A DNA stretch of 64,000 nt, taken from positions 64,001 to 128,000 of the forward strand of contig JBJBCN010000003.1 in NCBI GenBank assembly GCA_047285805.1, written 5' to 3'. Under the pieces are notes generated by a model that worked only from the letters and a program-made list of their open reading frames with translations, was not told where the DNA came from and ran no database searches. How positions within the stretch are numbered: the stretch's first letter is position 1; each line of letters starts with the position of its first letter. Source of the stretch: Synechococcus sp. Its GTDB lineage: Bacteria; Cyanobacteriota; Cyanobacteriia; PCC-6307; Cyanobiaceae. Positions 11,487-21,231 of the stretch are shown in pieces. Position numbers and translations under genes: made by a program.

Positions 11487-12236
11487 ATGAGCCTCCAACC
11501 ACTGCTGGTTTTTGATTTTGACGGCGTCCTTGTGGACGGTATGCGGGAGTACTGGTGGAGTGCCCGCCGGACAGCGCTCTTCCTGGCCCCCAGCTGTCAG
11601 CTGCCGGACCTGGCACCGGACGCGTTTGCCGCGCTGCGACCACTGATTCACAAGGGCTGGGAGATGGTCATCGTGGCCCTCGAACTGTCTCGAAGCGACC
11701 TGGATGTCGCGCACTACCTCAGCGACTACGACAACCACACACAAGCCGCTCGCGAGCGCTGGGGCTTTTCCCCAGACCAGCTGCAAAGCACCCTCGAAGC
11801 CCTGCGCAGCGAAGCCATCCAAACGGATCCCGCGGCTTGGCGGGCCCTGCACAGCACCTATCCAGGCATCCCCGAGCGCCTGCGTGCCCTCGAGGCCGAA
11901 GGCAGCCCCTGGCTGGTGCTGACCACCAAAGGCGGAGCCTTCGCCCGTGAACTCCTCAGCGGCTACGGCCTGCAGCCCCAGGCGGTCTATGGCCACGAGC
12001 AAGGCAGCAAGCCAGAGGTTCTGCTGCGGCTCAAGGAGCAAGAACGCCCCCTCTGGTTCGTCGAAGACCGCAGGATCACCCTGGAAACCATTCGTCTGAC
12101 CGCGGGCCTAGAAGCAGTGCGCTGCTTCCTCGTCACATGGGGCTACCTGGGCCCCCAAGACCGGCAGGGCCTGCCAAACGGCATCCAACTGCTGGAACCA
12201 ATGCAGTTCGAGCAGCCCTTGGCGAGCTGGCCCTAA
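11487..12236 (+). CDS. HAD-family hydrolase
   Basis: N-terminal FDFDGVLVD motif I; WFVEDR motif. Confidence 0.85.
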   Translation: MSLQPLLVFDFDGVLVDGMREYWWSARRTALFLAPSCQLPDLAPDAFAALRPLIHKGWEMVIVALELSRSDLDVAHYLSDYDNHTQAARERWGFSPDQLQSTLEALRSEAIQTDPAAWRALHSTYPGIPERLRALEAEGSPWLVLTTKGGAFARELLSGYGLQPQAVYGHEQGSKPEVLLRLKEQERPLWFVEDRRITLETIRLTAGLEAVRCFLVTWGYLGPQDRQGLPNGIQLLEPMQFEQPLASWP

Positions 12237-12244
12237 CCCGCTAG

Positions 12245-12258
12245 GGTACGCCTGTACT
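12245..12258. promoter_or_regulatory. Cyanobacterial LexA (SOS) box upstream of recA
   Basis: GGTACGCCTGTACT matches consensus RGTACNNNDGTWCB, 130 bp upstream of the recA start. Confidence 0.8.
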
Positions 12259-12387
12259 ACCAGTCAGGGTTCGCTCCGGTGAAACGCCTGGCGCCTGGGG
12301 TGGCACTTCTTTCTTAAATGTCGCCCAGGATGGCTCCACCGAACTGGCCCACCCGCTACACGGCCGCTCCTTCAACCCTTTCGCGAT

Positions 12388-13500
12388 ATGCCTGCCGACG
12401 ACAAGAGCACCAGCGCCTCCAGCCCTGAGCGGGACAAGGCCCTTGGCCTGGTGCTGAACCAAATCGAGCGCAACTTTGGCAAGGGCTCGATCATGCGCCT
12501 GGGGGATGCCTCGCGCATGCGGATCGAGACCACCCCCACCGGCGCCCTGACCCTCGACCTCGCTCTCGGCGGTGGCTATCCCAAAGGACGAGTCGTTGAG
12601 GTCTACGGCCCGGAGAGCTCGGGTAAAACCACCCTCACCCTGCACGCCATTGCCGAAGTGCAGCGCCGCGGCGGCGTGGCGGCCTTCGTCGACGCTGAGC
12701 ACGCCCTGGACCCGGTTTATGCCGCGGCCCTTGGGGTCGACATCGAGAACCTGCTGGTCTCCCAGCCGGACACCGGCGAGATGGCCCTGGAAATCGTCGA
12801 CCAACTGGTGCGCTCCGCCGCCGTTGACATCGTCGTGGTGGACTCCGTGGCCGCCCTCACCCCTCGCTCAGAAATCGAGGGCGAAATGGGCGACCTCGCC
12901 GTCGGCAGCCAAGCCCGCCTGATGAGCCAGGCGATGCGCAAGATCACCGGCAACATCGGCAAGTCCGGTTGCACCGTGATCTTCTTGAACCAGTTGCGTC
13001 AAAAGATTGGCGTGACCTACGGCAACCCCGAAACCACCACCGGTGGTAATGCCCTGAAGTTCTACGCCTCAGTGCGCCTCGACATCCGTCGCATTCAAAC
13101 CCTCAAGCGCGGCACCGAAGAATTCGGCATTCGCGCGAAGGTGAAGGTGGCCAAGAACAAGGTGGCTCCGCCCTTCCGCATTGCCGAATTCGACATCCTG
13201 TTCGGCCGCGGAATTAGCACGGTTGGCTGCCTTCTGGACCTCGCCGAAGAACACGGCGTCGTCGTGCGGAAAGGCGCTTGGTACAGCTACGAGGGCGACA
13301 ACATCGGCCAAGGCCGCGACAACACCATCACCTGGCTCGAGCAAAACAGCACCGAAAAAGAATCGATCGAGGTGAAGGTGCGCCAGAAACTCAGCGAGAC
13401 CACCGACTCGCTGAAGCCCGTCGCCACTGCAGCCGCCAAGCTAGCCGCCTCCGGCAGCGCCAGCAGCAGCAAAGAGCAAGCCCTACCCGCGGCCAGCTGA
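12388..13500 (+). CDS. recA: Recombinase RecA
   Basis: GPESSGKTT Walker [18 protein letters not shown]; no intein. Confidence 0.99.
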   Translation: MPADDKSTSASSPERDKALGLVLNQIERNFGKGSIMRLGDASRMRIETTPTGALTLDLALGGGYPKGRVVEVYGPESSGKTTLTLHAIAEVQRRGGVAAFVDAEHALDPVYAAALGVDIENLLVSQPDTGEMALEIVDQLVRSAAVDIVVVDSVAALTPRSEIEGEMGDLAVGSQARLMSQAMRKITGNIGKSGCTVIFLNQLRQKIGVTYGNPETTTGGNALKFYASVRLDIRRIQTLKRGTEEFGIRAKVKVAKNKVAPPFRIAEFDILFGRGISTVGCLLDLAEEHGVVVRKGAWYSYEGDNIGQGRDNTITWLEQNSTEKESIEVKVRQKLSETTDSLKPVATAAAKLAASGSASSSKEQALPAAS

Positions 13501-13580
13501 GCAGCTGCAGGCACCAGAAAGCCCCCGAGTGCATAACCAGGGGACCTTTTGCCTGGAGGGGTTGAGACCCTGACCGGGAA

Positions 13581-13925
13581 TTAGGAAACCTGGACTTCTG
13601 CTGCCGCTGCAGCCTGGGCCAGGGCGCTCAGGTTGGCGCTCAGACGCTCCAATTCCTGAATCGCCTCAGCACCCTCCAACTTGACCAGCTCGTGGCCATT
13701 ACGGGATTCGACCCAGCTAATCCCGAAGTCCGAGACCAGAAAGCGCACCATGTGCTGATCACCAAGGCTGGCGACAAACGAAGCGCCTTGGCAGTCTTGG
13801 CCATCACCGCAGACATAACAAGTGGCGGCAATTCCCTGTCGCTGCAGACCACCAGCGAGAGCGCGCAGGCTCGTCACCAAGTCTTCAACAACCGATCGGT
13901 ACTGCTCAGCCAGACGAGCGAACAT
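13581..13925 (-). CDS. Conserved cyanobacterial protein (DUF1815-like)
   Basis: MFARLAEQYR...VRFLVSDFGISWVESRNG...KLEGAEAIQEL. Confidence 0.75.
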   Translation of the reverse strand: MFARLAEQYRSVVEDLVTSLRALAGGLQRQGIAATCYVCGDGQDCQGASFVASLGDQHMVRFLVSDFGISWVESRNGHELVKLEGAEAIQELERLSANLSALAQAAAAAEVQVS

Positions 13926-14002
13926 GACCGCCTCAAATTACGGGTGACGATTCTAATCTTTTCTTCATATTTGGGCGAGCGAACGAGTTCGATCCCTAAC
14001 AA

Positions 14003-14245
14003 TTAGCCGTCAGCCAGCGTCCACCAGCCCAGGGCGGGGCCCAAAAAGCGCACGGTCAACCAAAACACCACCAAGGCGCCGATGCCAATCCAGGCACCAC
14101 GCGTGGTGACTGAGACGAACTGCTCACCTTGACGCTGGGTCAGGGGCAGCCACGGGGCAATGCGGGGTGAGGTGTCCTTGGCCTTCGGGGCCTTCTTCTC
14201 ACGGGGGGGCAAGCCCTGTTCCGAGCGACGCTTGGCCTCTCCCAT
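14003..14245 (-). CDS. DUF2839-family small membrane protein
   Basis: MGEAKRR start (ATG 14245), one C-terminal TM helix, GPALGWW. Confidence 0.8.
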   Translation of the reverse strand: MGEAKRRSEQGLPPREKKAPKAKDTSPRIAPWLPLTQRQGEQFVSVTTRGAWIGIGALVVFWLTVRFLGPALGWWTLADG

Positions 14246-14291
14246 TGCTCCTGTGCTGCGCGGCGGAGCCAGGTTACGGGCGGTCAGCCCA

Positions 14292-15728
14292 TTAAGGGTT
14301 CGGCAACAAACGAGTGAGCGCCACCCAGGGCTCCAGGGCATCGAGCACCTGACGGCCCCAGCCGCGCCGCTTCAAGCGTCCATCCAGCACCGCCAAGCGA
14401 CCTCCGTTGCGGCGCAGACCCGCGATCGAGCGCTGCAACCGTCCCAGGGCTTCAGGCAACAGCAGCTCCCGGAACCAATCGCGGCCCTCCAGCCTGAGCG
14501 CCGCAACCCGCGCCGCCGTCAACGGATCCTCCAGACTGGAGATGGGCAGGGTGGCCGCCACCAACTGACAGGGCAGGGGCAGCCGCTGTTGATGCTCCAG
14601 CCACCAGCTCCAGCTGCAGCAGATCACTCCATTGGACTCAGGTGCAGTGAGCTCATGGCCCACCCGACTGCCGAATTCCGCCGCCAAGGCACTGGTCAAC
14701 GCCAGCCTCAAGCCCTCGTCATCCAGGAGCACCACGGTGAGGCCGGCCTGGCCCAAGACCAAGCGGCGGCACTGATCCAGCAGGTGACTGGAGTAGTGGG
14801 GGGCGTTCGGCAGGGCCTGGCCCTGGGGCGCGAAGAGGGGCAGGGGATCGAGCAGGGGCGGATCCGCCAGGCTGACCTCCACCTGGGGCGTAAAGCCAAG
14901 CCCTGGGGAGGCGGGCTGCGGCCAAGGGCCCACAACCACCACGCCGCGGCCGCTCAAGAGGCCTGGCATCACCGCACAGGGATCCAGGGGCTGGCGATGC
15001 AGGGTCCACTGCAGCAGCGTTGGATTGATCGAAGCCCAACTCGTCCAGTCCGCTCCTGCGGTCATCAGCCAGTCGGGCCAAGGGTCGGGGAGGGGTGCCA
15101 AAACCCCCAGGAGCTGCCGCAGGGGTGCCTCATCCTCTGGGGTAATAAGAACGCGTTGCTGGGGGCCACACGGGCGGGCCAGGACACGGCGGCTGAGGCG
15201 CTCATGCAGCTGCAACAAGCTCGAGGCAGCCGCGGGGAGGCTCCGGCGCAATTGCTCCCAGTTGCCGGTATCGATCACCACCTCCAGGGCCTGGCGCAAA
15301 AGCGGTTGCAGCAGCTCCCCCTCCGGCACCACCAACTGACGGCCCTCCAACTGCCCGCTCTGCCAGGCCGCTACCAAGGCGTCGTGTTGCAACAACCAGA
15401 GGGGCGCAGCCTCGGGAGCCGTGGCCCCTTCCCAGCAGGGCAGGCTCAAGCCGACGGCCTGCAGCCGCGGCAACTCCACCCTCAACAAGCGCTGGCGCAG
15501 GGCGGGGCTGACCACCAGCGCCACGGGGCTGTTGTGCAAGACCAGGGGGACTAGAAGGCCCAGCAGCCAGCTGGGGTCGCTGCCTGGCGCCAGACGCACC
15601 AAGGTCTGATCCGAGCGGCGCAGGCTGCGGGCCACCAGCCGGCTCAAGGTGAGGTGGTGGGGCCAGCGGGTTTCCCCCTCCTGACGGAGGAGCGCCTTGA
15701 GCTGTTGGTGGGCCTTGGCTTCCAACAT
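14292..15728 (-). CDS. DinG/Rad3-like helicase C-terminal-domain protein (degenerate)
   Basis: MLEAKAHQQLK...WPHHLTLSRLVARSL; C-terminal LAVLDGRLKRRGWG. Confidence 0.75.
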   Translation of the reverse strand: MLEAKAHQQLKALLRQEGETRWPHHLTLSRLVARSLRRSDQTLVRLAPGSDPSWLLGLLVPLVLHNSPVALVVSPALRQRLLRVELPRLQAVGLSLPCWEGATAPEAAPLWLLQHDALVAAWQSGQLEGRQLVVPEGELLQPLLRQALEVVIDTGNWEQLRRSLPAAASSLLQLHERLSRRVLARPCGPQQRVLITPEDEAPLRQLLGVLAPLPDPWPDWLMTAGADWTSWASINPTLLQWTLHRQPLDPCAVMPGLLSGRGVVVVGPWPQPASPGLGFTPQVEVSLADPPLLDPLPLFAPQGQALPNAPHYSSHLLDQCRRLVLGQAGLTVVLLDDEGLRLALTSALAAEFGSRVGHELTAPESNGVICCSWSWWLEHQQRLPLPCQLVAATLPISSLEDPLTAARVAALRLEGRDWFRELLLPEALGRLQRSIAGLRRNGGRLAVLDGRLKRRGWGRQVLDALEPWVALTRLLPNP

Positions 15729-15769
15729 CCGCGAATCGTAGGAAGCTGGGACGAGACAACTGTGCAGCG

Positions 15770-16630
15770 ATGACAACCCACTGGCGCAAGCGACCCATCG
15801 GGATCGTGGGCCTGGGGTTGATCGGCGGATCTCTGGGGCTTGATCTGCAGGCCCAAGGACTCGAGGTGCGGGCCTTGGTTCATCGCGCCAGCACAGCCGA
15901 GCGTGCCCGGGAACGGGGGCTGGCCCAGCGGATCGAGACCGACCCGGCCGTGCTCGAGGACTGCGGCCTCGTGATCCTCGCCCTGCCCCTCAATCGCCTG
16001 CTGGATCCCGACCCCGACTTGGTGGCGGCCTTGCCTGCGGACGCCGTGATCACAGATGTGGGCTCGGTCAAACAGCCCATCCAGGAGCGCTGGGACAAGC
16101 TCCACCGGCGTTTCCTGCCAAGCCATCCGATGGCGGGCACCGCCCTGGCCGGCGTCGAAGCTGGGATCACCGGACTCTTTCAGGGCCGCCCTTGGGTCGC
16201 CACACCAAAGGCAGGGACCGATTCAGACGCCCTAGCCTCGGTCCGGGCGGTAGCTGAAGTCGTGGGCGCCGACTGGCTGGAATGCCCCGCCGCTGCCCAC
16301 GACCAGGCCGTCGCCCTGATCTCCCACATGCCCGTTCTCGTCAGTGCCGCCCTGCTGCAAAGCGCCAATCAGGGTGGCAAAGCGGTCCAGGTCGAAAGCC
16401 TCGTGCGGGCTCTGGCCTCCAGTGGCTTTGCGGACACGAGCCGCATCGGCGGCGGCAATCCCGAACTGGGCACTCTGATGGCCCGTACCAACCGTACCGC
16501 CATCCTCGCATCCCTAGAGCAGTACCAACGGCAACTGGAAGCGCTGCAAGGGCTGGTGGAGGGGGAACAGTGGGAGGCCCTGCAAAAGCAACTGAGCCAA
16601 TGCCAGGCCCTCCGGCCTGAATTCCTCTAA
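15770..16630 (+). CDS. tyrA: Prephenate/arogenate dehydrogenase
   Basis: GIVGLGLIGGS Rossmann motif, DVGSVK, HPMAG, HDQAVALISHMP. Confidence 0.93.
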   Translation: MTTHWRKRPIGIVGLGLIGGSLGLDLQAQGLEVRALVHRASTAERARERGLAQRIETDPAVLEDCGLVILALPLNRLLDPDPDLVAALPADAVITDVGSVKQPIQERWDKLHRRFLPSHPMAGTALAGVEAGITGLFQGRPWVATPKAGTDSDALASVRAVAEVVGADWLECPAAAHDQAVALISHMPVLVSAALLQSANQGGKAVQVESLVRALASSGFADTSRIGGGNPELGTLMARTNRTAILASLEQYQRQLEALQGLVEGEQWEALQKQLSQCQALRPEFL

Positions 16631-18129
16631 GCCTTGAGATCCAGGGAGCGCCCCTGGCTGTGCAGGAGCTGCCGGCAGGCCATCAAGGCCGAAAGGCTCA
16701 CCCCAGCGGTGCCCTCGCCCGGATAGATGGCATCACCACAGAGCCAGAGTCCGCTGAGGGGGCTGCGGCTAGCGAGCCCCAAAAGACCGAAGCGGCTGGG
16801 GTGCTGCCCCAAGCCACCCACAAAACCAAAGGGCCGCCCCGTCCAACCTGCAAAACCGCGCGGCGTGGCCAATTCGGCGTGGCGGTAGTGCTCGGGCTTC
16901 AACCCCAAGAATGTCTCCAACGCCGCCTGAATCCCAGCCATCGCCTGCTGCTTACGGTGCTGGTACTCCGGCTCCGGCAAGCCGAACCAGGGCCTCGCGG
17001 GGGTAAACACGCTGGCGATCACGGTCGCCTGACCCGCCGGGGCCCGTCCATCGCCCTCGGAGCTGAAGGAGAGGAAGACGCTGCCGGGATCCTGCCAATC
17101 CAACTGGGCATGCAGGCCGAGCGCCGGCGACAGGCGCTCGCGATCCACCACGGCATAGAGCACCAAAGCCCCGGAGGGATCGGGGAAGCTGGCGATGCGG
17201 CGGCCATAGGCCGCCGGCAGCGCCTCCCCCAGAAGCTCGGGCAGGGTCTGGGGCGGCAGCGCACAGACCACATCGTCCGCCTGGAGGGCAAAGGGCTTCT
17301 GGGCCTGCCCCTCGCCGCTGAGCTGCCAGCCCCTGGCCCCAGGACGCATCGCACTGACGCGGTGGCGCAAGCGCAGACAGCCGCCCTTGGCCGCAAACAC
17401 CTGCTCGAGGGCCGAGCCGAGCTGCTGCATCGAACCGTGGAGATGCCAAAGCCCAAGCGGGTCCTGAGCCATCGCCAACACCGTGGCCCCGTAGAGCGCC
17501 GCCGTGCGATCAACCGGCTCTTGGGAATAGAGACGCAGCTGGAGATCCAGAAAGCGGCGCAGGCGCTGGTCCGCGCCGCAGCCGCTGAGGACCAGCAGAT
17601 CCGCCACCGTGGCCGTCGTGAACAGGCCACTGGCCAAGGTGCGGGCACTCAACGCCCCCAGCAGCTGGCACAGATCCCACAGGGTGCGCGGCGGCAGCAC
17701 CGGATCATTGGCTGCGAAGGTCCAATTGCTTTGGTGCAGCAGGCCGCAGAGGGCCCAGAAGCGTTCGCTTCCGGGGAACTGGCGTTGGCGCTCCAGACGC
17801 CAAGACTCGGGGTCCCGCCAGAGCTGAACCGGCGCTTCAGCGGTGCTGAGCTGGACGCTGCAGCCGGGGTCGAGGGGTGTAGCAGCGGGGAGCGGGACAC
17901 CGAAATGAGCCATCAGGCGCTGATGGATGCCCCCCTGTTCAAAGCCCGCGACCTGGGTCGCCCCGACATCAAAGGTGTAGGGACCGCGGCGAAAGGTTCC
18001 CGCGCAGCCGCCGGTCTGGCTGTGGGCTTCCAGCAACTCCACCTGCAGACCCTCAGCGGCCAACAGGGCGGCGGCGGTCAGGCCCGCGATGCCCCCCCCA
18101 ACCACTGCGACATCACAGGATTTGACCAT
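16627..18129 (-). CDS. crtD: Carotenoid C-3',4' desaturase CrtD (phytoene desaturase family)
   Basis: Start MVKSCDVAVVGGGIAG (ATG 18129); FDVGATQVAG, YPGEGTAGVSLS. Confidence 0.8.
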   Translation of the reverse strand: MVKSCDVAVVGGGIAGLTAAALLAAEGLQVELLEAHSQTGGCAGTFRRGPYTFDVGATQVAGFEQGGIHQRLMAHFGVPLPAATPLDPGCSVQLSTAEAPVQLWRDPESWRLERQRQFPGSERFWALCGLLHQSNWTFAANDPVLPPRTLWDLCQLLGALSARTLASGLFTTATVADLLVLSGCGADQRLRRFLDLQLRLYSQEPVDRTAALYGATVLAMAQDPLGLWHLHGSMQQLGSALEQVFAAKGGCLRLRHRVSAMRPGARGWQLSGEGQAQKPFALQADDVVCALPPQTLPELLGEALPAAYGRRIASFPDPSGALVLYAVVDRERLSPALGLHAQLDWQDPGSVFLSFSSEGDGRAPAGQATVIASVFTPARPWFGLPEPEYQHRKQQAMAGIQAALETFLGLKPEHYRHAELATPRGFAGWTGRPFGFVGGLGQHPSRFGLLGLASRSPLSGLWLCGDAIYPGEGTAGVSLSALMACRQLLHSQGRSLDLKA

Positions 18130-18166
18130 CACGGCATGCTGGCAGCGCCCCTGCCTCCACCGCGTC

Positions 18167-19072
18167 GTGTCCAGCCCGCAGGCCTTCTCCGACTGGATCG
18201 AGACCACCACGGGAGCGCGCCTACTGAGCCGCTCAGCGGTAGGAGGTGGCTGCATCCACAGCGCCTGGCGTTTGACCCTTGCCAATGGCCAAACGCTTTT
18301 CGCCAAAAACAACCGCGCTGCACTCTTGCCGGTGTTGGAGGCCGAAGCCCAGGGTCTCGAGGCCCTCGCAAAGGCCGTTGAGCAAGGCGGTTCAGAGCTC
18401 GCCATTCCGCAGCCCTGCGGCCTGGGCCTCGCTGGGCCAGAGGCCGTTTTGCTGCTGAACTGGCTGAAAGTTGGGACCCCGTCCGATCCACCCCAAGCCT
18501 GGAGGGCCCTTGGAGCGGGGCTTGCCCGGATGCACCGCGGCAGCCTGAAGGGCCATGACGGGCGCTTCGGGTGGGAGCGGGACAACTTCATCGGCTCGGG
18601 TCCCCAGGCCAACCGCTGGGGGGAGAGCTGGGGGCGCTTTTTTGCAGAAGAACGCCTGGGTGCCCAACTGCGCTGGGCGGCAGCCTCGGGCAAGACGCTC
18701 CAAGGGGCCGAGGAGCTGCTGGACCGTGTTCCGCTCTGGCTAGCGGAACACCACGCTGAGCCGGCCCTGGTGCACGGCGACCTCTGGAGCGGCAATGCCG
18801 CCCTGCTACAGGCCGGCGGGGGCAGCATCTTTGACCCTGCCGTCTACCGCGGAGACCGGGAGGTGGATCTCGCGATGGCGCAGCTCTTTGGCGGATTCCC
18901 CCGCAGCTTCTTCGCCGGCTACGAGCAGGAATGGCCTCTAGAAGAAGGCCACGGGCGGCGGGTCGAGCTCTACAACCTGTATCACCTGCTGAACCACGCC
19001 AACCTTTTTGGCGGCGGCTATTGGCAGCGAAGTGCCGCCAGCATCACCGCGTTGCTGCGCGAGTGGCACTGA
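18167..19072 (+). CDS. Fructosamine kinase family protein
   Basis: VGGGCIH, DNFIGSGPQ, LVHGDLWSGN, FDPAVYRGDREVDLAM; GTG start estimated. Confidence 0.88.
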   Translation: MSSPQAFSDWIETTTGARLLSRSAVGGGCIHSAWRLTLANGQTLFAKNNRAALLPVLEAEAQGLEALAKAVEQGGSELAIPQPCGLGLAGPEAVLLLNWLKVGTPSDPPQAWRALGAGLARMHRGSLKGHDGRFGWERDNFIGSGPQANRWGESWGRFFAEERLGAQLRWAAASGKTLQGAEELLDRVPLWLAEHHAEPALVHGDLWSGNAALLQAGGGSIFDPAVYRGDREVDLAMAQLFGGFPRSFFAGYEQEWPLEEGHGRRVELYNLYHLLNHANLFGGGYWQRSAASITALLREWH

Positions 19073-19103
19073 CGGCACCGGGGAGCGCTGAACTCAGCTG
19101 TAT

Positions 19104-19469
19104 TCAGCCGAGATACTCCTTGCGCAGACCCTGAACCTTGTTGATCACGGCGGTGCGCTTGTCGCTGGTGGTCAGGTTCTTCCAGCTCCACTGACCGACC
19201 ACAAGCAAACCCAGCAGTTCGAGCAAACCAGGAACGACCGGCAGGAGGTTGATGGTGTCGAGAACACCCTTGATCAGAATCTGGGCAACGATGACGATCA
19301 CCAGAACGCCGACGCCCTTGCCGATGCGGCCCATCTGGTTCCAGTCCACCTTGTCGAGGGTCTCGTTGACCTTGCTCAGCACCTCGGTGTAGCGCTCGGT
19401 GAAATTCGCGCCGGTCTCTTCTGCCGCGGGTGTCACCGATTCCTTCACATCGTTGCTGTCGTCGGTCAT
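19104..19469 (-). CDS. CAAD-domain thylakoid curvature protein (CurT-like)
   Basis: Two TM helices, INLLPVVPGLLELLG motif. Confidence 0.8.
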   Translation of the reverse strand: MTDDSNDVKESVTPAAEETGANFTERYTEVLSKVNETLDKVDWNQMGRIGKGVGVLVIVIVAQILIKGVLDTINLLPVVPGLLELLGLLVVGQWSWKNLTTSDKRTAVINKVQGLRKEYLG

Positions 19470-19510
19470 CAGGATGGGCTTGGATTAAAACCTCGACACA
19501 AGGTATCCGG

Positions 19511-19987
19511 GTGACTGTCGAAGCGCCAGACCAGTTGCGCGTTGATTGTCATTGGCTGATCGTTTTGGAGCGCACCCTGCAGGCGGCGTTTCCCGATGAG
19601 GGATGCGCTCTGTTACTGGGGCAAACCACAGGCACAACCTTGGAGCTGCTTCGGGTTTGGCCCTGTTGCAACAGCTGGGAACCCGCCCAGGAAAGGGATC
19701 ACCGCTTCCAGCTCGACCCCAGGGAGCAGCTGCTGGCGCAACGCTGGGCGAGGGAGAAAGGACTACAGGTGATCGGCGCCGCACATAGCCACCCCACCAG
19801 CCCCGCCATCCCGTCGGCCACCGACCGGGAGCTCTGTTTCGGACCGACATTGATGCTCATTCGCTCGGGCCTGGAGCAGAACCCTTGGCGGGCCTGGTGG
19901 ATCTCAGGCGAGGAGGGTCCGAGCGAACCACGCGAATTGCCTTTGCGCGGGGGGCTGGCCGCAGGGGACCTGCGTTTGGGAAAGTAG
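19511..19987 (+). CDS. JAB/Mov34/MPN (M67) metallopeptidase
   Basis: PDEGCALLLG and HSHP...PSATD JAMM motif. Confidence 0.88.
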   Translation: MTVEAPDQLRVDCHWLIVLERTLQAAFPDEGCALLLGQTTGTTLELLRVWPCCNSWEPAQERDHRFQLDPREQLLAQRWAREKGLQVIGAAHSHPTSPAIPSATDRELCFGPTLMLIRSGLEQNPWRAWWISGEEGPSEPRELPLRGGLAAGDLRLGK

Positions 19988-20012
19988 GGAGCTGGAAAGC
20001 GATCAGCACTCC

Positions 20013-21185
20013 ATGCTTCCCCTTGAAACCACCGGCATCGAGCTGAGCCCCGATGAGGTGGCCCGTTTTGCGCGCCACCTGATTCTGCCGGAAGTGGGCA
20101 TGGAGGGCCAAAAGCGGCTCAAAGCCTCTTCCGTTCTCTGCGTTGGCACCGGCGGTCTGGGCTCACCACTGCTGCTGTATCTGGCAGCAGCCGGCGTTGG
20201 CCGCATCGGCATCGTCGACTTTGACGTGGTCGATCACTCCAACCTGCAGCGCCAGGTGATCCACGGCACCAGCTGGGTCGGCAAACCCAAGATCGAATCG
20301 GCCAAAGCCCGGATTCTCGAGATCAACCCCCACTGCCAGGTAGATCTCTACGAGACGGCGCTCAGCAGCGAGAACGCCCTCGACATTGTTCGGCCCTACG
20401 ACATCGTCTGCGACGGGACCGACAACTTCCCCACCCGCTACCTGGTGAACGACGCCTGCGTGCTATTGGGCAAGCCGAACGTCTACGGCTCGATCTTCCG
20501 CTTTGAAGGCCAAGCCACGGTGTTCAACCTGGATGCCGAGAGCCCCAACTACCGCGACCTATTCCCCGAGCCCCCTCCCCCGGGCATGGTTCCCTCCTGC
20601 GCCGAAGGCGGCGTGGTGGGCGTTCTGCCCGGAATCATCGGTGTGATCCAAGCCACCGAAGCGGTAAAGATCATCACCGGCATTGGCACCACCCTCAGCG
20701 GCCGTCTACTGCTGTTTGATGCCCTCGGCATGAAGTTCCGGGAACTGAAGCTGCGCCCCAACCCCGAGCGGCCTGTGATCGAGAAACTGATCGACTACCA
20801 GGAGTTCTGTGGCGTGGGCGGCACCGCCCCGGGCCAAGAGGAAGCCGGCTCCGTCGAGAGCATCAGCGTCAGCGAGCTGAAGACCCTGCTGGATGGGGAC
20901 ACCTCCGGCATGGTGCTGATCGACGTTCGCAATCCCCCCGAAGCCGAGATCGCTGTCATCCCCGGCGCCGAGCTGATTCCCCTCGATCAAATCGAGAACG
21001 GGACTGCCGTGGAGCGCGTGAAGGAACTGGCCAACAGCAAGCAGCTCTACGTTCACTGCAAGCTGGGCGGCCGCAGCGCAAAAGCACTGATCGCCCTCAA
21101 GCGCCATGGTGTTGAGGGCATCAACGTGGCCGGCGGCATTGATGCCTGGAGCCAAGAGGTGGACAGCTCCGTCCCCCGCTACTGA
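20013..21185 (+). CDS. moeB: MoeB/ThiF adenylyltransferase with C-terminal rhodanese domain
   Basis: GTGGLGS, SNLQRQ, DGTDNFPTRY, PSCAEGGV; rhodanese HCKLGGRS. Confidence 0.93.
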   Translation: MLPLETTGIELSPDEVARFARHLILPEVGMEGQKRLKASSVLCVGTGGLGSPLLLYLAAAGVGRIGIVDFDVVDHSNLQRQVIHGTSWVGKPKIESAKARILEINPHCQVDLYETALSSENALDIVRPYDIVCDGTDNFPTRYLVNDACVLLGKPNVYGSIFRFEGQATVFNLDAESPNYRDLFPEPPPPGMVPSCAEGGVVGVLPGIIGVIQATEAVKIITGIGTTLSGRLLLFDALGMKFRELKLRPNPERPVIEKLIDYQEFCGVGGTAPGQEEAGSVESISVSELKTLLDGDTSGMVLIDVRNPPEAEIAVIPGAELIPLDQIENGTAVERVKELANSKQLYVHCKLGGRSAKALIALKRHGVEGINVAGGIDAWSQEVDSSVPRY

Positions 21186-21196
21186 TTCGAAGGCCG

Positions 21197-21222
21197 AAGC
21201 CCGGGGCAACCCGGGCTTTTTT
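21197..21222 (+). terminator. Rho-independent terminator between moeB and cobO
   Basis: AAGCCCGGG-GCAA-CCCGGGCTT followed by a T run. Confidence 0.8.
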
Positions 21223-21231
21223 CATGCCCGC

